A stretch of DNA of 64,000 nucleotides. Source: an uncultured Candidatus Rokubacteria bacterium (GTDB lineage: Bacteria; Methylomirabilota; Methylomirabilia; Rokubacteriales; DASRDR01). Positions 31,961-40,740 of this stretch are shown here, piece after piece; the stretch's first letter is position 1; each line of letters opens with the position of its first letter. Made by a program: the position numbers and the translations under genes. Location of the stretch: NCBI GenBank assembly GCA_963805625.1, contig CAWDVE010000010.1, forward strand, positions 1,408,001 through 1,472,000. Direction: 5' to 3'. The notes under the pieces are model-generated. The model saw only the letters and a program-made list of their open reading frames with translations. It made no database searches and was not told the origin of the DNA.

Positions 31961-32494
31961 TCAGACCGGCTGCATGAGGGCCCGTGTGACCGCCGGCGGC
32001 AGCCCGGGGTACAGCGTTCGCATCGCGGGGACGGTGCGCTCGTACTCGTCCTGGACCCGGACGCGAAGCTGGCGGCCGAAGGTGACGCGTTCGAGCTGCA
32101 GCGTGCCCACGTACACGGCCGTGTCCCCCACCTCGAACCCGACGCCAACCCGGAACCAGACCTCCTCGGGGAACGCTTGTCGGTCCTCGTTGATGCGGAG
32201 ACGCGCGATCTGGTACCGGCCCGGCGGCAGCGTGATCACGAACGGGCTCCGGATGAAGTCGACCGGAAGCTCATGCCGGAAACTGCCGTCCTCACGCGCG
32301 ATGTCGAGCACGAGATGCGGCGCGTCGAAGCCCGTGATGAAGACCTCACCCACGACCGCCTGGTGACCCGGCGGTACCTCGAGCGGCGCCGCTCGGAACG
32401 CGGCGCAGCCGGTCGCCGCTATCGCTCCCAGGACAAGAACGGTGAGCCATCGCCGGCGGCCCTCCCCGGATGCCCCCGACACGGGCCGTCTCAT
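31961..32494 (-). CDS. Hypothetical lipoprotein
   Basis: Basic N-terminus, hydrophobic stretch and ATGC lipobox-like motif; ATGA overlap with upstream stop. Confidence 0.7.
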   Translation of the reverse strand: MRRPVSGASGEGRRRWLTVLVLGAIAATGCAAFRAAPLEVPPGHQAVVGEVFITGFDAPHLVLDIAREDGSFRHELPVDFIRSPFVITLPPGRYQIARLRINEDRQAFPEEVWFRVGVGFEVGDTAVYVGTLQLERVTFGRQLRVRVQDEYERTVPAMRTLYPGLPPAVTRALMQPV

Positions 32495-33558
32495 TCGCTC
32501 GGCTTCTTCCAGATCCCCCGCTCCTGCATGAGCCGGATCTGGCGCTTGATGACCTTCTGGCGGTACTCGGCGTGTTTCATAGGCGCGCGCTTCAGGTAGA
32601 GGTTCTTCGGGTAGATGGGCTTCTCGTAGAGCATGCCATACAGCTCGGTGCGGACGTCCTTGAGCCAATTGTCCCACTGGGCGGAGCCGCGGTGGTGGCG
32701 GAGCGCCTCGATGTCGACCGGCCCCGCCACGTACGTCGACCCCGCCCCGTAGTCCTGGCGGCCGACGATCCGTCCCTTGTAGTCGATGATGAAGGAGCGG
32801 CCACCGAACGTGTCGATCGGCGTGGTCTCCTCGGGAAAGAGATAGTAGGTCCCCATGTTCGGCGCCACGACGTACATGTTGTTGTCGAGCGCGCGGGCCC
32901 GGCTCTGGATCTCAAAGTACTCGTTCCCGGTCGCTGGGTGCGGGTAGGAGGCGCGATAAACGACCTCCGCGCCGTTCAGGGCCAGCGCGCGAGCGTTCTC
33001 CGGGTACGAGCCCTCGTTGGCCATCATGACACCGAGCCGGCCGATCTCCGTATCCACCACCGGCCAGAAGGCTTGGAGGTTCCGCCCGTACTTCTCCACC
33101 CACCAGTCGTAGACGTCGTGAGGACACACCGAGTGCTCGACCGGGAAGAGCGGCGAGACTTTGTAGTGCTGAAGGATGACCCGGCCGCGTGGATTGAGGA
33201 TGAACCCCACGTTGAAGTAGCGGTCTTTCCAGTCCGGATGGCGCGCCTTCGCCTGCGCGATGATGAAGACGTTGTACTGGCGGGCGATCTTCCCGAGCTC
33301 CTCCGTCTCCTCCCCCGGGATGTCGATGGCGCACTCCCGGGCGAAGGTGGCGTGGTCGAGGTCCAGCACCTCGTCGTTGAACGCCTGGAGCGCACCCTCG
33401 GGGAACGCGATCAGCCGGACCGGGATCGAGAGGCTCGACAGCCACGCCGCGGCCTTGACCAGATGGTGGAGGTGCTCGAGGTTGATCTTGATGTCCCGCC
33501 GCTTTCGGATCCCCCGCACCGTGGGGATGAGTCCGACCGCCATGTACGGCTTGATCAT
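32491..33558 (-). CDS. Nitrilase/carbon-nitrogen hydrolase superfamily protein lacking the canonical catalytic Cys
   Basis: IAFPE, YFN, QHYK, RARALDN motifs; nucleophile motif reads GVMMANEGSYPE. Confidence 0.88.
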   Translation of the reverse strand: MIKPYMAVGLIPTVRGIRKRRDIKINLEHLHHLVKAAAWLSSLSIPVRLIAFPEGALQAFNDEVLDLDHATFARECAIDIPGEETEELGKIARQYNVFIIAQAKARHPDWKDRYFNVGFILNPRGRVILQHYKVSPLFPVEHSVCPHDVYDWWVEKYGRNLQAFWPVVDTEIGRLGVMMANEGSYPENARALALNGAEVVYRASYPHPATGNEYFEIQSRARALDNNMYVVAPNMGTYYLFPEETTPIDTFGGRSFIIDYKGRIVGRQDYGAGSTYVAGPVDIEALRHHRGSAQWDNWLKDVRTELYGMLYEKPIYPKNLYLKRAPMKHAEYRQKVIKRQIRLMQERGIWKKPSE

Positions 33559-33637
33559 CTGCCGTCCCTCCCGCGCAGGAGCTGTGGTTGACAGCCGGAC
33601 GCCCGGGCGACACCGACACATCCCCGGGGCCGAGCGC

Positions 33638-34088
33638 TCACGGACCCTCCCGCAGGGCCCGCGTCAGCCGCGCGCGCGACGTGACGCGGTCACCGCGCGA
33701 GTATTCTCCCACCAGCGTGCCATCCGCCTGCATGGTGTACACGGCCGTCGCCTGCACACGTGCGAGCTCCAGCCGGAGCGCGCCGTTCTCGATGCGGCCG
33801 CGAACGCGCGTCCACCCCGGTGAGCCCACCCCGAGCGACGCCGAGACTCCCCACGAGTACACCGCGACGACCTCCGTGATCTCGCCGTTCTGCAACTGGA
33901 GCTCGACGACCAGGACGTTGCCTATCCACCGGCCGGCGAACCGGGCGTTCTCCCACGGCACGGCGGGGGGCGGCGGCACGACCAGGAGATCGGGCGGCAT
34001 GGGCGGCACCGGCAGGGGCTTCGCGGCACGCGAGGCCCAGCTCGAGCCCGGCGAGGAGACTCCAGGTTCGACGTGCGCACCGTCTCAT
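33638..34088 (-). pseudogene. Frameshifted exported/lipoprotein-like hypothetical gene
   Basis: ATG 34088 overlaps ATPase stop and gives MRRCARRTWSLLAGLELGLAC; body (AKPLPVPPMPPD...) is in another frame; shift near 34025. Confidence 0.5.
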
Positions 34089-34837
34089 GGAACGGGAACT
34101 CCGGGACCCTGCTGGCGGAGCACTTCCTCCATGATCACCTGGTTCAGGTGGTCCACAAGCGCGTGGCGGTCGCGCCCGCCGTCGTTCCGGATGAGCTCGC
34201 GCACGCGGGCCGGGCGCGCCGACATCATGACGAGCGTGGTCCCGATCGCCACTGCCTCCTCGATCGCGTGAGTGACGAACACGATGGTCTTCCCCGTCTC
34301 CGCCCAGATCCGCTTGACCTCCGCCTGCATGATCCGGCGGTTCTGAGCGTCCAGCGAGCCGAATGGCTCGTCCATGAGCAAGAGCGCCGGCTCGATCGCG
34401 AGCGCCCGGGCGATGGCCGCGCGCTGCCGCATCCCGCCGGAGACCCGGTTGGGATAGTAGCCCTCGAAGCCCGTGAGGCCCACGAAGCGGAGGTAGCGGT
34501 GGGCGGTCTCCCGGCGGGCGGCCTGATCGAGACCCTGCGCCTTCAGCACGAGCGCGACGTTGTCGGCCAGCGTCATCCACGGCAGCAGGCGGTCCTCCTG
34601 GAAGACCACGCCCACGTGCAGGTCGCCGTCGCCGTCGTAGGTGACGGGGCGCCCGTCGAACCGCACCTCGCCCGCTGTCGGCGGCTCGAGACCGCCGAGG
34701 ATCCGGAGAAGCGTCGTCTTGCCGCACCCGTTCGGGCCGAGCAGGCACACGAACTCGCCCTTCTCGGCCTGCAGCGACACAGCGTCCAGGACGGGGATCG
34801 CGTACCGCTTCGAGACCTCGTGAACGTCCAGTCTCAT
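34085..34837 (-). CDS. ABC transporter ATP-binding protein (SsuB/TauB type)
   Basis: GPNGCGKT, VFQE, SGGMRQR, LMDEPF, VTH. Confidence 0.93.
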   Translation of the reverse strand: MRLDVHEVSKRYAIPVLDAVSLQAEKGEFVCLLGPNGCGKTTLLRILGGLEPPTAGEVRFDGRPVTYDGDGDLHVGVVFQEDRLLPWMTLADNVALVLKAQGLDQAARRETAHRYLRFVGLTGFEGYYPNRVSGGMRQRAAIARALAIEPALLLMDEPFGSLDAQNRRIMQAEVKRIWAETGKTIVFVTHAIEEAVAIGTTLVMMSARPARVRELIRNDGGRDRHALVDHLNQVIMEEVLRQQGPGVPVP

Positions 34838-34904
34838 GGGAGCTTCATCGTACCGTACCGATCGACCCCCACGGAGCTTTCGGGGCGCCGTGCGCCGGAC
34901 AAGG

Positions 34905-35675
34905 TCAGCGCCATCGCTCGAGCCGGCGCGTCAGCGAGTCGAAGACGAGCTTGTCGGCCACGAGCATGATGGCGACCATGACGAGGGCCCAGACGAACAC
35001 CATCTGGGTCGCCAGGATCTCCCGGCTGTAGTTCATGATGTAGCCGATGCCGCTCGTCACCCCGAAGATCTCGGCGACCACCGAAACCTTGAGCGCGAGA
35101 CCGAAGCCCACCTTCATGCCGGCAACGAGGTGAGGGATCGTCGACGGGATCACGATCGACCGGAACTTCTCCCACCCCGAGAGCCGGTACACCTGGCCCA
35201 TCTCGAGAAGGCGGCGATCGACCGTCGCGACGCCCTCCACGACGTTGGCCGCCACCACGGGCAGCGTGATCATGAACGTCGTGAAGATGGGCGCCATGTT
35301 GGTCAGGCCAAACCAGATGAGGGAGACGACGATCCACACGAACACCGAGGTCGAGTTGAGGACGGTCACGACGTCGGCGACCGCGATTCGGGCGGACCGC
35401 CACAGGAATGACGCCAGACCCATCAGCACGGCGACGACGAGCGCGCTCCCGAACCCGACGACGATGCGGAAGAGTGATGCCCCCGCGTGCGTCCACACCT
35501 CGCCGGTGAGAACGACCGTGACCAGGCCCCGGACCACCGCTCCGGGGGAGGGCATCACGTACGCGCCGTAGCGGCGCGCCACCGCCTCCCAGACGACGAG
35601 AACCACCGCCAGGACGACGAGCGAGGGCAGCCGGAGTCGGTCGCTCCAGTTCGTCGCGGCGCCCGCTGGAATCAC
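34905..35675 (-). CDS. ABC transporter permease (SsuC/TauC type)
   Basis: 6 TM segments, SVVAEIFG..SGIGY motif; GTG start overlaps a TGA at 35672. Confidence 0.9.
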   Translation of the reverse strand: MIPAGAATNWSDRLRLPSLVVLAVVLVVWEAVARRYGAYVMPSPGAVVRGLVTVVLTGEVWTHAGASLFRIVVGFGSALVVAVLMGLASFLWRSARIAVADVVTVLNSTSVFVWIVVSLIWFGLTNMAPIFTTFMITLPVVAANVVEGVATVDRRLLEMGQVYRLSGWEKFRSIVIPSTIPHLVAGMKVGFGLALKVSVVAEIFGVTSGIGYIMNYSREILATQMVFVWALVMVAIMLVADKLVFDSLTRRLERWR

Positions 35676-35678
35676 CCG

Positions 35679-35706
35679 CGCCAGAAAAACTCCTTGGTGA
35701 CGCGCT
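35679..35706 (+). repeat. Left att-like direct repeat
   Basis: CGCCAGAAAAACTCCTTGGTGACGCGCT; 23/28 identical to 45843-45870; minus strand encodes RVTKEFFWR. Confidence 0.75.
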
Positions 35707-35768
35707 GCGAATACCGCGCGAACTTGGGGGACGGTGGGTTGCAGAACACGGCAAATCGTGGCACGACC

Positions 35769-35786
35769 CGCAACCTATCCGCAACC
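35769..35786 (+). repeat. Arm-type tandem repeat, left
   Basis: CGCAACC-TATC-CGCAACC. Confidence 0.65.
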
Positions 35787-35938
35787 GGCAGCGCCTGTCG
35801 TTCACGGCCAAGGCTCGGCCCGTCGCGACCGCTACCCCGCCCTAGGCAGCCCCGCCCGGGCACCTTTGCGCTGGCGGGAGCCTCATCCCGCACCGTGAGG
35901 CCCTAACTCCAGGTCCAACCGACGCCGCCTGACTCGCC

Positions 35939-36194
35939 ATGCTCGATCTGAAGGCCCTCGCGCGCCGTTCCGCTACCCCGTGGTTCGCGACACCGAAGGA
36001 CTCCCCGTCATCCCGGGCCGGCTCGGGCAGATCGAGCCCCACGACGGGCAGGCGCTCGCGGTCCACACGGCGCGGCCGCGGGTCTTCGCCCGACTCTGGG
36101 CGGTGCCGAGGCCCAGCGGCGACGCCTCCTGACCCCGGAGGCGGCCCGAAAACGCTCCGGGCTCCCCACAGTCAGGGGAACTTCAGGACCCTAG
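35939..36194 (+). pseudogene. Degenerate hypothetical gene at island left end
   Basis: MLDLKALA / APFRYPVVRDTEGLPVIPGRLGQIEPHDGQALAVHTARPRVFARLWAVP / [13 protein letters not shown] pieces split by frameshifts. Confidence 0.45.
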
Positions 36195-36348
36195 GAGCCC
36201 GTCTGGCGCCTGGGGCCGCCTTCCTGCTAGGGTCAAGGCTGCCGTGCCCCCCGGAGAACGCTGGGACGCCCCGCCCCGGCGGCTGTCGGGGGGTACCGTG
36301 ACGCCTATCCAGGCCGCCAGCCCTGACCCGGATCGGGAGACGCTCAGG

Positions 36349-39300
36349 ATGCACTGTCCCCGGTGCCAGCACGAGAATCGTCCGCAGGCGAAGTTCTGCG
36401 AGGAATGCGCCAGCCCCTTCACAGGGGCCGCCCCCACCGCGCGGTCATACGCCGATCTGAAGAGTGAGGTCGAAAGGCTCGGCGGAGCGCTCACCGAAGC
36501 CCTGGAGCAGCAGACCGCGACCGCCGAGATCCTGCGGGTCATCTCCAGCTCGCCGACCGACGTCCAGCCCGTCATGGACGCCGTGGTGGAGAGTGCGGCG
36601 CGCCTCTGCGAAGCGACCGACGCCGCGATCTTTCGCGTGGATGGGGAAGTCCTTCGACTGGTGGTCTCGCGTGGCCGGATACCGATGATCGTGGGCATCG
36701 GCGATGCAATTCCGATCTCGCGCGGCTCGACGTCGGGCCGTGCGGTTGTCGATCGACGGACGATCCACGTCCCCGACCTGGTCGCGGAGTCCGAGGCGGA
36801 GTTCCCGGAGTCCAAGGCCCGGGCCCAGCGCGCAGGGGTACGAACCCACCTGGGCACGCCGCTCCTCCGGCAGGGGGTCCCCATCGGGGTCATCGTGATC
36901 CGGCGCACGGAGGTTCGGCCGTTCACGGAGACACAGATCAAGCTCCTCGAGACCTTCGCCGATCAGGCCGTGATCGCGATCGAGAACGCGCGGCTGTTCA
37001 CGGAACTGCAGGAGAAGAACAGTGCACTCACGCAGGCACACGCGCAGGTGAGCGAGTCGCTCGAGCAGCAGACCGCCACGGCCGAGATCCTACGGGTGAT
37101 CGCGAGTTCGCCGACCGATGTCCAGCCGGTGTTCGACACGATCGCCGGCAATGCCCTCCGACTGTGCGACGCCACGTGGAGCGCGGTTGTGCGATTCGAC
37201 GGCGAGTTGCTGCACCTCGTCGCATTCCACAACCTAAGTGACCCCATTGGGATCGAGGCGCTCCGCAAGGCGTTCCCCAGGGCGCCGAGCCGGGGTGGCG
37301 TCACGGACCGGGCAGTCCTCACCCAGTCTATCGTCCACGTCCCGGACGTGCGGGAGGATCCCGAGTATCGGTTCCAGGAACTGGCACAGGCGGCGGGGTT
37401 CCGGAGCCACGTCTCCGTGCCAATGCTCCGCGAAGGACAACCCCTCGGAGCCATCACGCTCGCCGGTGCGTTGCCTGGGGCTTTCTCACAGCGGCAGGTA
37501 GACTTGCTCCAGACCTTCGCCAACCAAGCGGTCATCGCGATCGAGAACGTCCGGCTGTTCACCGAGACGAAGGAGGCGCTGGAGCAGCAAACAGCCACGG
37601 CCGAGATCCTGCGGGTGATCGCGAGTTCGCCGACCGATCTGCAGCCGGTCATGGATGCCGTCGCCGAGAACGCGGCCCGGGTGTGCGGGGCGACGGATTC
37701 GTCGATCTTCCGCCTGGAAGGGGAGCATCTGCGTCTGGTGGCGCAGCCTGGATCGCTCCGGCGATCACTGGCGATCGGAGCCACCATCCCGGTGAGTCCC
37801 CACACCGTAGTCGGACGGGTTGTGTGCGACCGGCGGACGATCCTCGTCGAGGACATCCTGGCGGCCGAGGCGGAGTTCCCGGCCACCGTGTCCCGCATGA
37901 GGCAGACCGGGTCCGCCACCCGGACAATCCTGGCGACACCGCTGCTGCGCGAGGGCACGCCGCTGGGCGTCATCATGATCACTCGGGGGCCCGCGGTCCA
38001 TCCCTTCTCGGCCAAGCAGATCGCGCTCCTCGAGACGTTCGCCAATCAGGCGGTGATCGCGATCGAGAACGTGCGGCTGTTCCAGGAACTGCAGGCCCGC
38101 AACCGCGACTTGACCGCGACGAGCGAGATTCTGCGAGTGATCGCCGGTTCCCCGACGGACCTTCAACCCGTGTTCGACACCATCGCTGAACGCGCGATGC
38201 GACTCTGTGAGGCGTCCTTCGGTTGGGTCTTGACGTTCGACGGCGAAGTGATGCATCTCGGTTCGCTTGCCAACGTGAGCCTCGAAGGAGCCGACGCCAT
38301 ACGCAAGGTACTGCCTTATGTACCGAGCCGAGGGACCGCGGCCGGTCGAACCATCTTGACCGGTGACGTCGTCCAGGTTCCGGATGTCTTGGCCGATCCT
38401 GAGTACGAGTTGAAGGGAACCGCGCAGGCGACAAATTATCGGAGCGTGTTGACAGTCCCGCTGCTCCACCAGCGGCATCCGATCGGGGTGATCGCGGTCA
38501 GCCGACAGGAGCCACGGGCGTTCTCGGCGGAGCAGATCCAGCTTCTGGCGACCTTCGCCGACCAGGCCGTCATCGCGATCGAGAACGTGCGCCTCTTCAA
38601 GGAACTGGAGGCGCGGACGCGGGAGCTCACACGTTCGGTGGAGAAGCTGACCGCCCTGGGCGAGGTGGGCCGCGCGGTGAGCGCCACGCTCGACGTCGAG
38701 ACGGTCCTCCAGACGGTGGTCTCGCGCGCCAGCCAGCTCGCGGCGGCCGACGGCGGCTCCATTTTCGAGTACGACGAGGGAAGCCAAGAGTTCCGCCTGC
38801 GGGCCACCTACGCCTACGCGCCGGAGCTTGCCGCGGCGCTGCAGGAGACGCCCATTCGGATGGGCGAGGGCGTGATCGGCGGGGCGGCGGCACGGCAGGA
38901 GCCCATGCAGGTGCCCGACATCGTCCGGGAAGGCGCGTATCAAACCCGATTCCGAGACATCCTCCTCCGGACGGGGTATCGCGCCCTGGTGGCGGTGCCC
39001 CTGGTCCGGGAGGGCCAGGTGATCGGCGCCCTGTCCGTCAATCGCAAGGCACCGGGGGAGTTCCCGCCGGAAGTCATCGAGCTCCTGAGCACCTTCGCCA
39101 CCCAGTCCGCCCTGGCCATCCAGAACGCGCGGCTGTTCCGGGAGCTCGAGGCGAAGAGCCGGCTGCTCGAGGCGGCCAGCCGCCACAAGTCGGAGTTTCT
39201 CGCGAACATGTCGCATGAGCTGCGGACCCCCCTGAACGCCATCCTCGGGTTCTCCGAGGTCCTGGCCGAGCGGATGTTCGGGGAGGTCAACGAGAAACAG

Positions 39301-39915
39301 GCCGAGTACCTGCAAGACATCCTGTCTTCCGGCCGGCATCTTCTCTCCCTGATCAACGACATCCTCGACCTGTCCAAGGTGGAGGCCGGACGGCTCGAGC
39401 TGGAGCCCGGTCGGTTCCATCTGCCCACCGCCCTCGACAACGCCCTGATCCTGGTCCGGGAGCGGGCGACCCGGCACGGGATCACGCTCACCCGGAGCGT
39501 GGACGAGCGGCTGGGCGACATCGTCGCCGACGAACGGAAGATGAAGCAGATCCTGTTGAACCTCCTCTCCAATGCCGTGAAGTTCACCCCGGAGGGGGGC
39601 CGGGTCGGCCTCACCGCGACGGCGGACCGGGACCTCATCACGATCGCCGTCAGCGACACCGGGATCGGGATCGCGCCCGAGGACCAGGCGGCCATCTTCG
39701 AGGAGTTCCGCCAGGTCGGCCGCGAGGACGCCCGCAAGCAGGAAGGCACGGGGCTCGGGCTGACGCTGGCCAAGAAGTTCGTGGAGCTGCACGGGGGACG
39801 GATCGGGGTCCAGAGCCAACTGGGCCAGGGATCGACGTTCACCTTCACGCTGCCCGTGCGGCCTGACAGCGGGAGTGCGAGCGACCAGGGAGGCAGCGCG
39901 CCGCCACGGCCATGA
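36349..39915 (+). CDS. Cytoplasmic sensor histidine kinase: zinc ribbon + 5 GAF + HisKA + HATPase
   Basis: MHCPRC..FCEEC; five (TATxEILRVI..PTD.QPV)...AIENxRLF units; [31 protein letters not shown]. Confidence 0.93.
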   Translation: MHCPRCQHENRPQAKFCEECASPFTGAAPTARSYADLKSEVERLGGALTEALEQQTATAEILRVISSSPTDVQPVMDAVVESAARLCEATDAAIFRVDGEVLRLVVSRGRIPMIVGIGDAIPISRGSTSGRAVVDRRTIHVPDLVAESEAEFPESKARAQRAGVRTHLGTPLLRQGVPIGVIVIRRTEVRPFTETQIKLLETFADQAVIAIENARLFTELQEKNSALTQAHAQVSESLEQQTATAEILRVIASSPTDVQPVFDTIAGNALRLCDATWSAVVRFDGELLHLVAFHNLSDPIGIEALRKAFPRAPSRGGVTDRAVLTQSIVHVPDVREDPEYRFQELAQAAGFRSHVSVPMLREGQPLGAITLAGALPGAFSQRQVDLLQTFANQAVIAIENVRLFTETKEALEQQTATAEILRVIASSPTDLQPVMDAVAENAARVCGATDSSIFRLEGEHLRLVAQPGSLRRSLAIGATIPVSPHTVVGRVVCDRRTILVEDILAAEAEFPATVSRMRQTGSATRTILATPLLREGTPLGVIMITRGPAVHPFSAKQIALLETFANQAVIAIENVRLFQELQARNRDLTATSEILRVIAGSPTDLQPVFDTIAERAMRLCEASFGWVLTFDGEVMHLGSLANVSLEGADAIRKVLPYVPSRGTAAGRTILTGDVVQVPDVLADPEYELKGTAQATNYRSVLTVPLLHQRHPIGVIAVSRQEPRAFSAEQIQLLATFADQAVIAIENVRLFKELEARTRELTRSVEKLTALGEVGRAVSATLDVETVLQTVVSRASQLAAADGGSIFEYDEGSQEFRLRATYAYAPELAAALQETPIRMGEGVIGGAAARQEPMQVPDIVREGAYQTRFRDILLRTGYRALVAVPLVREGQVIGALSVNRKAPGEFPPEVIELLSTFATQSALAIQNARLFRELEAKSRLLEAASRHKSEFLANMSHELRTPLNAILGFSEVLAERMFGEVNEKQAEYLQDILSSGRHLLSLINDILDLSKVEAGRLELEPGRFHLPTALDNALILVRERATRHGITLTRSVDERLGDIVADERKMKQILLNLLSNAVKFTPEGGRVGLTATADRDLITIAVSDTGIGIAPEDQAAIFEEFRQVGREDARKQEGTGLGLTLAKKFVELHGGRIGVQSQLGQGSTFTFTLPVRPDSGSASDQGGSAPPRP

Positions 39916-40739
39916 CGTGTCCACAGTGCCGGCACGACAACCCCGGCGACGCCGTCTTCTGCCAAGAGTGCGGGACTCGACTCGAGGCGGCCTGCGCGCG
40001 TTGCGGGACTGCGAATCAGTTGGGCGCCAAGTTCTGCAAACAGTGCGGTCAGCCGCTCAGTGGACCCCAGGCCATGGAGGCGGTGTCTGGCCCGCGATTC
40101 GGCTCACCTGAGAGCTACACGCCCAAACACCTCGCCGAGAAAATCCTCAGCTCGAAGGCCGCCCTCGAGGGGGAGCGCAAGCAGGTCACCGTGCTCTTCG
40201 CGGACCTCAAGGGCTCGATGGAGCTGCTCGCCGATCGCGACCCCGAGGAGGCGCGCAAACTGCTCGATCCCGTCCTCGAGCGGATGATGGAGGCCGTCCA
40301 CCGCTATGAGGGGACCGTCAACCAGGTCATGGGCGACGGGATCATGGCGCTGTTCGGGGCGCCCATCGCTCATGAGGACCACGCGGTGCGGGCGTGCTAT
40401 GCCGCGCTCGACATGCAGGGGTCAATCCGACGCTATGCCGAAGAGGTGCGGCGGACCTCCGTCCCCGTCCGTTTGCCGGGCCGGGGGGCAGGGCCCGAGC
40501 CCTACTGCGCCCACCTCCCGCCGCTCTTGCCGGGCGTGCCAGCGACGCGCTCTCGTTCGGACGCCGCGCGAGGCGTGGCCGACGCCGCGAGCGGGGGGGC
40601 GGAGCGCGGAGGACAGGACGAAAAGGTGGCTAGGACCTCCTACGTTTCTCAAGCCGGTCTCCCGGCACACGAGGTCGTGGGCTGGAGCCGTGCTCACTGG
40701 GGTTCCTCCGGAGCTTACAGGCGAGCCGGGCGCCACTGA
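39912..40739 (+). pseudogene. Truncated double-zinc-ribbon class III adenylate/guanylate cyclase
   Basis: Four CxxC pairs, GERKQVTVLFADLKGS, MGDGIMALFGAP..HEDHA.RAC; family similarity ends near 40455, mid-domain. Confidence 0.8.
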
Positions 40740-40740
40740 A

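Noticed and set aside
35899-35925. CCTAAC...CCAACCGAC resembling an integron attC left arm
   Set aside because: No matching GTTAGG right end, no cassette array and no integron integrase.
36490-39150. Regularly spaced DNA repeats suggesting a CRISPR-like array
   Set aside because: They are coding linkers between GAF domains within one ORF, about 500 nt apart; no cas genes.
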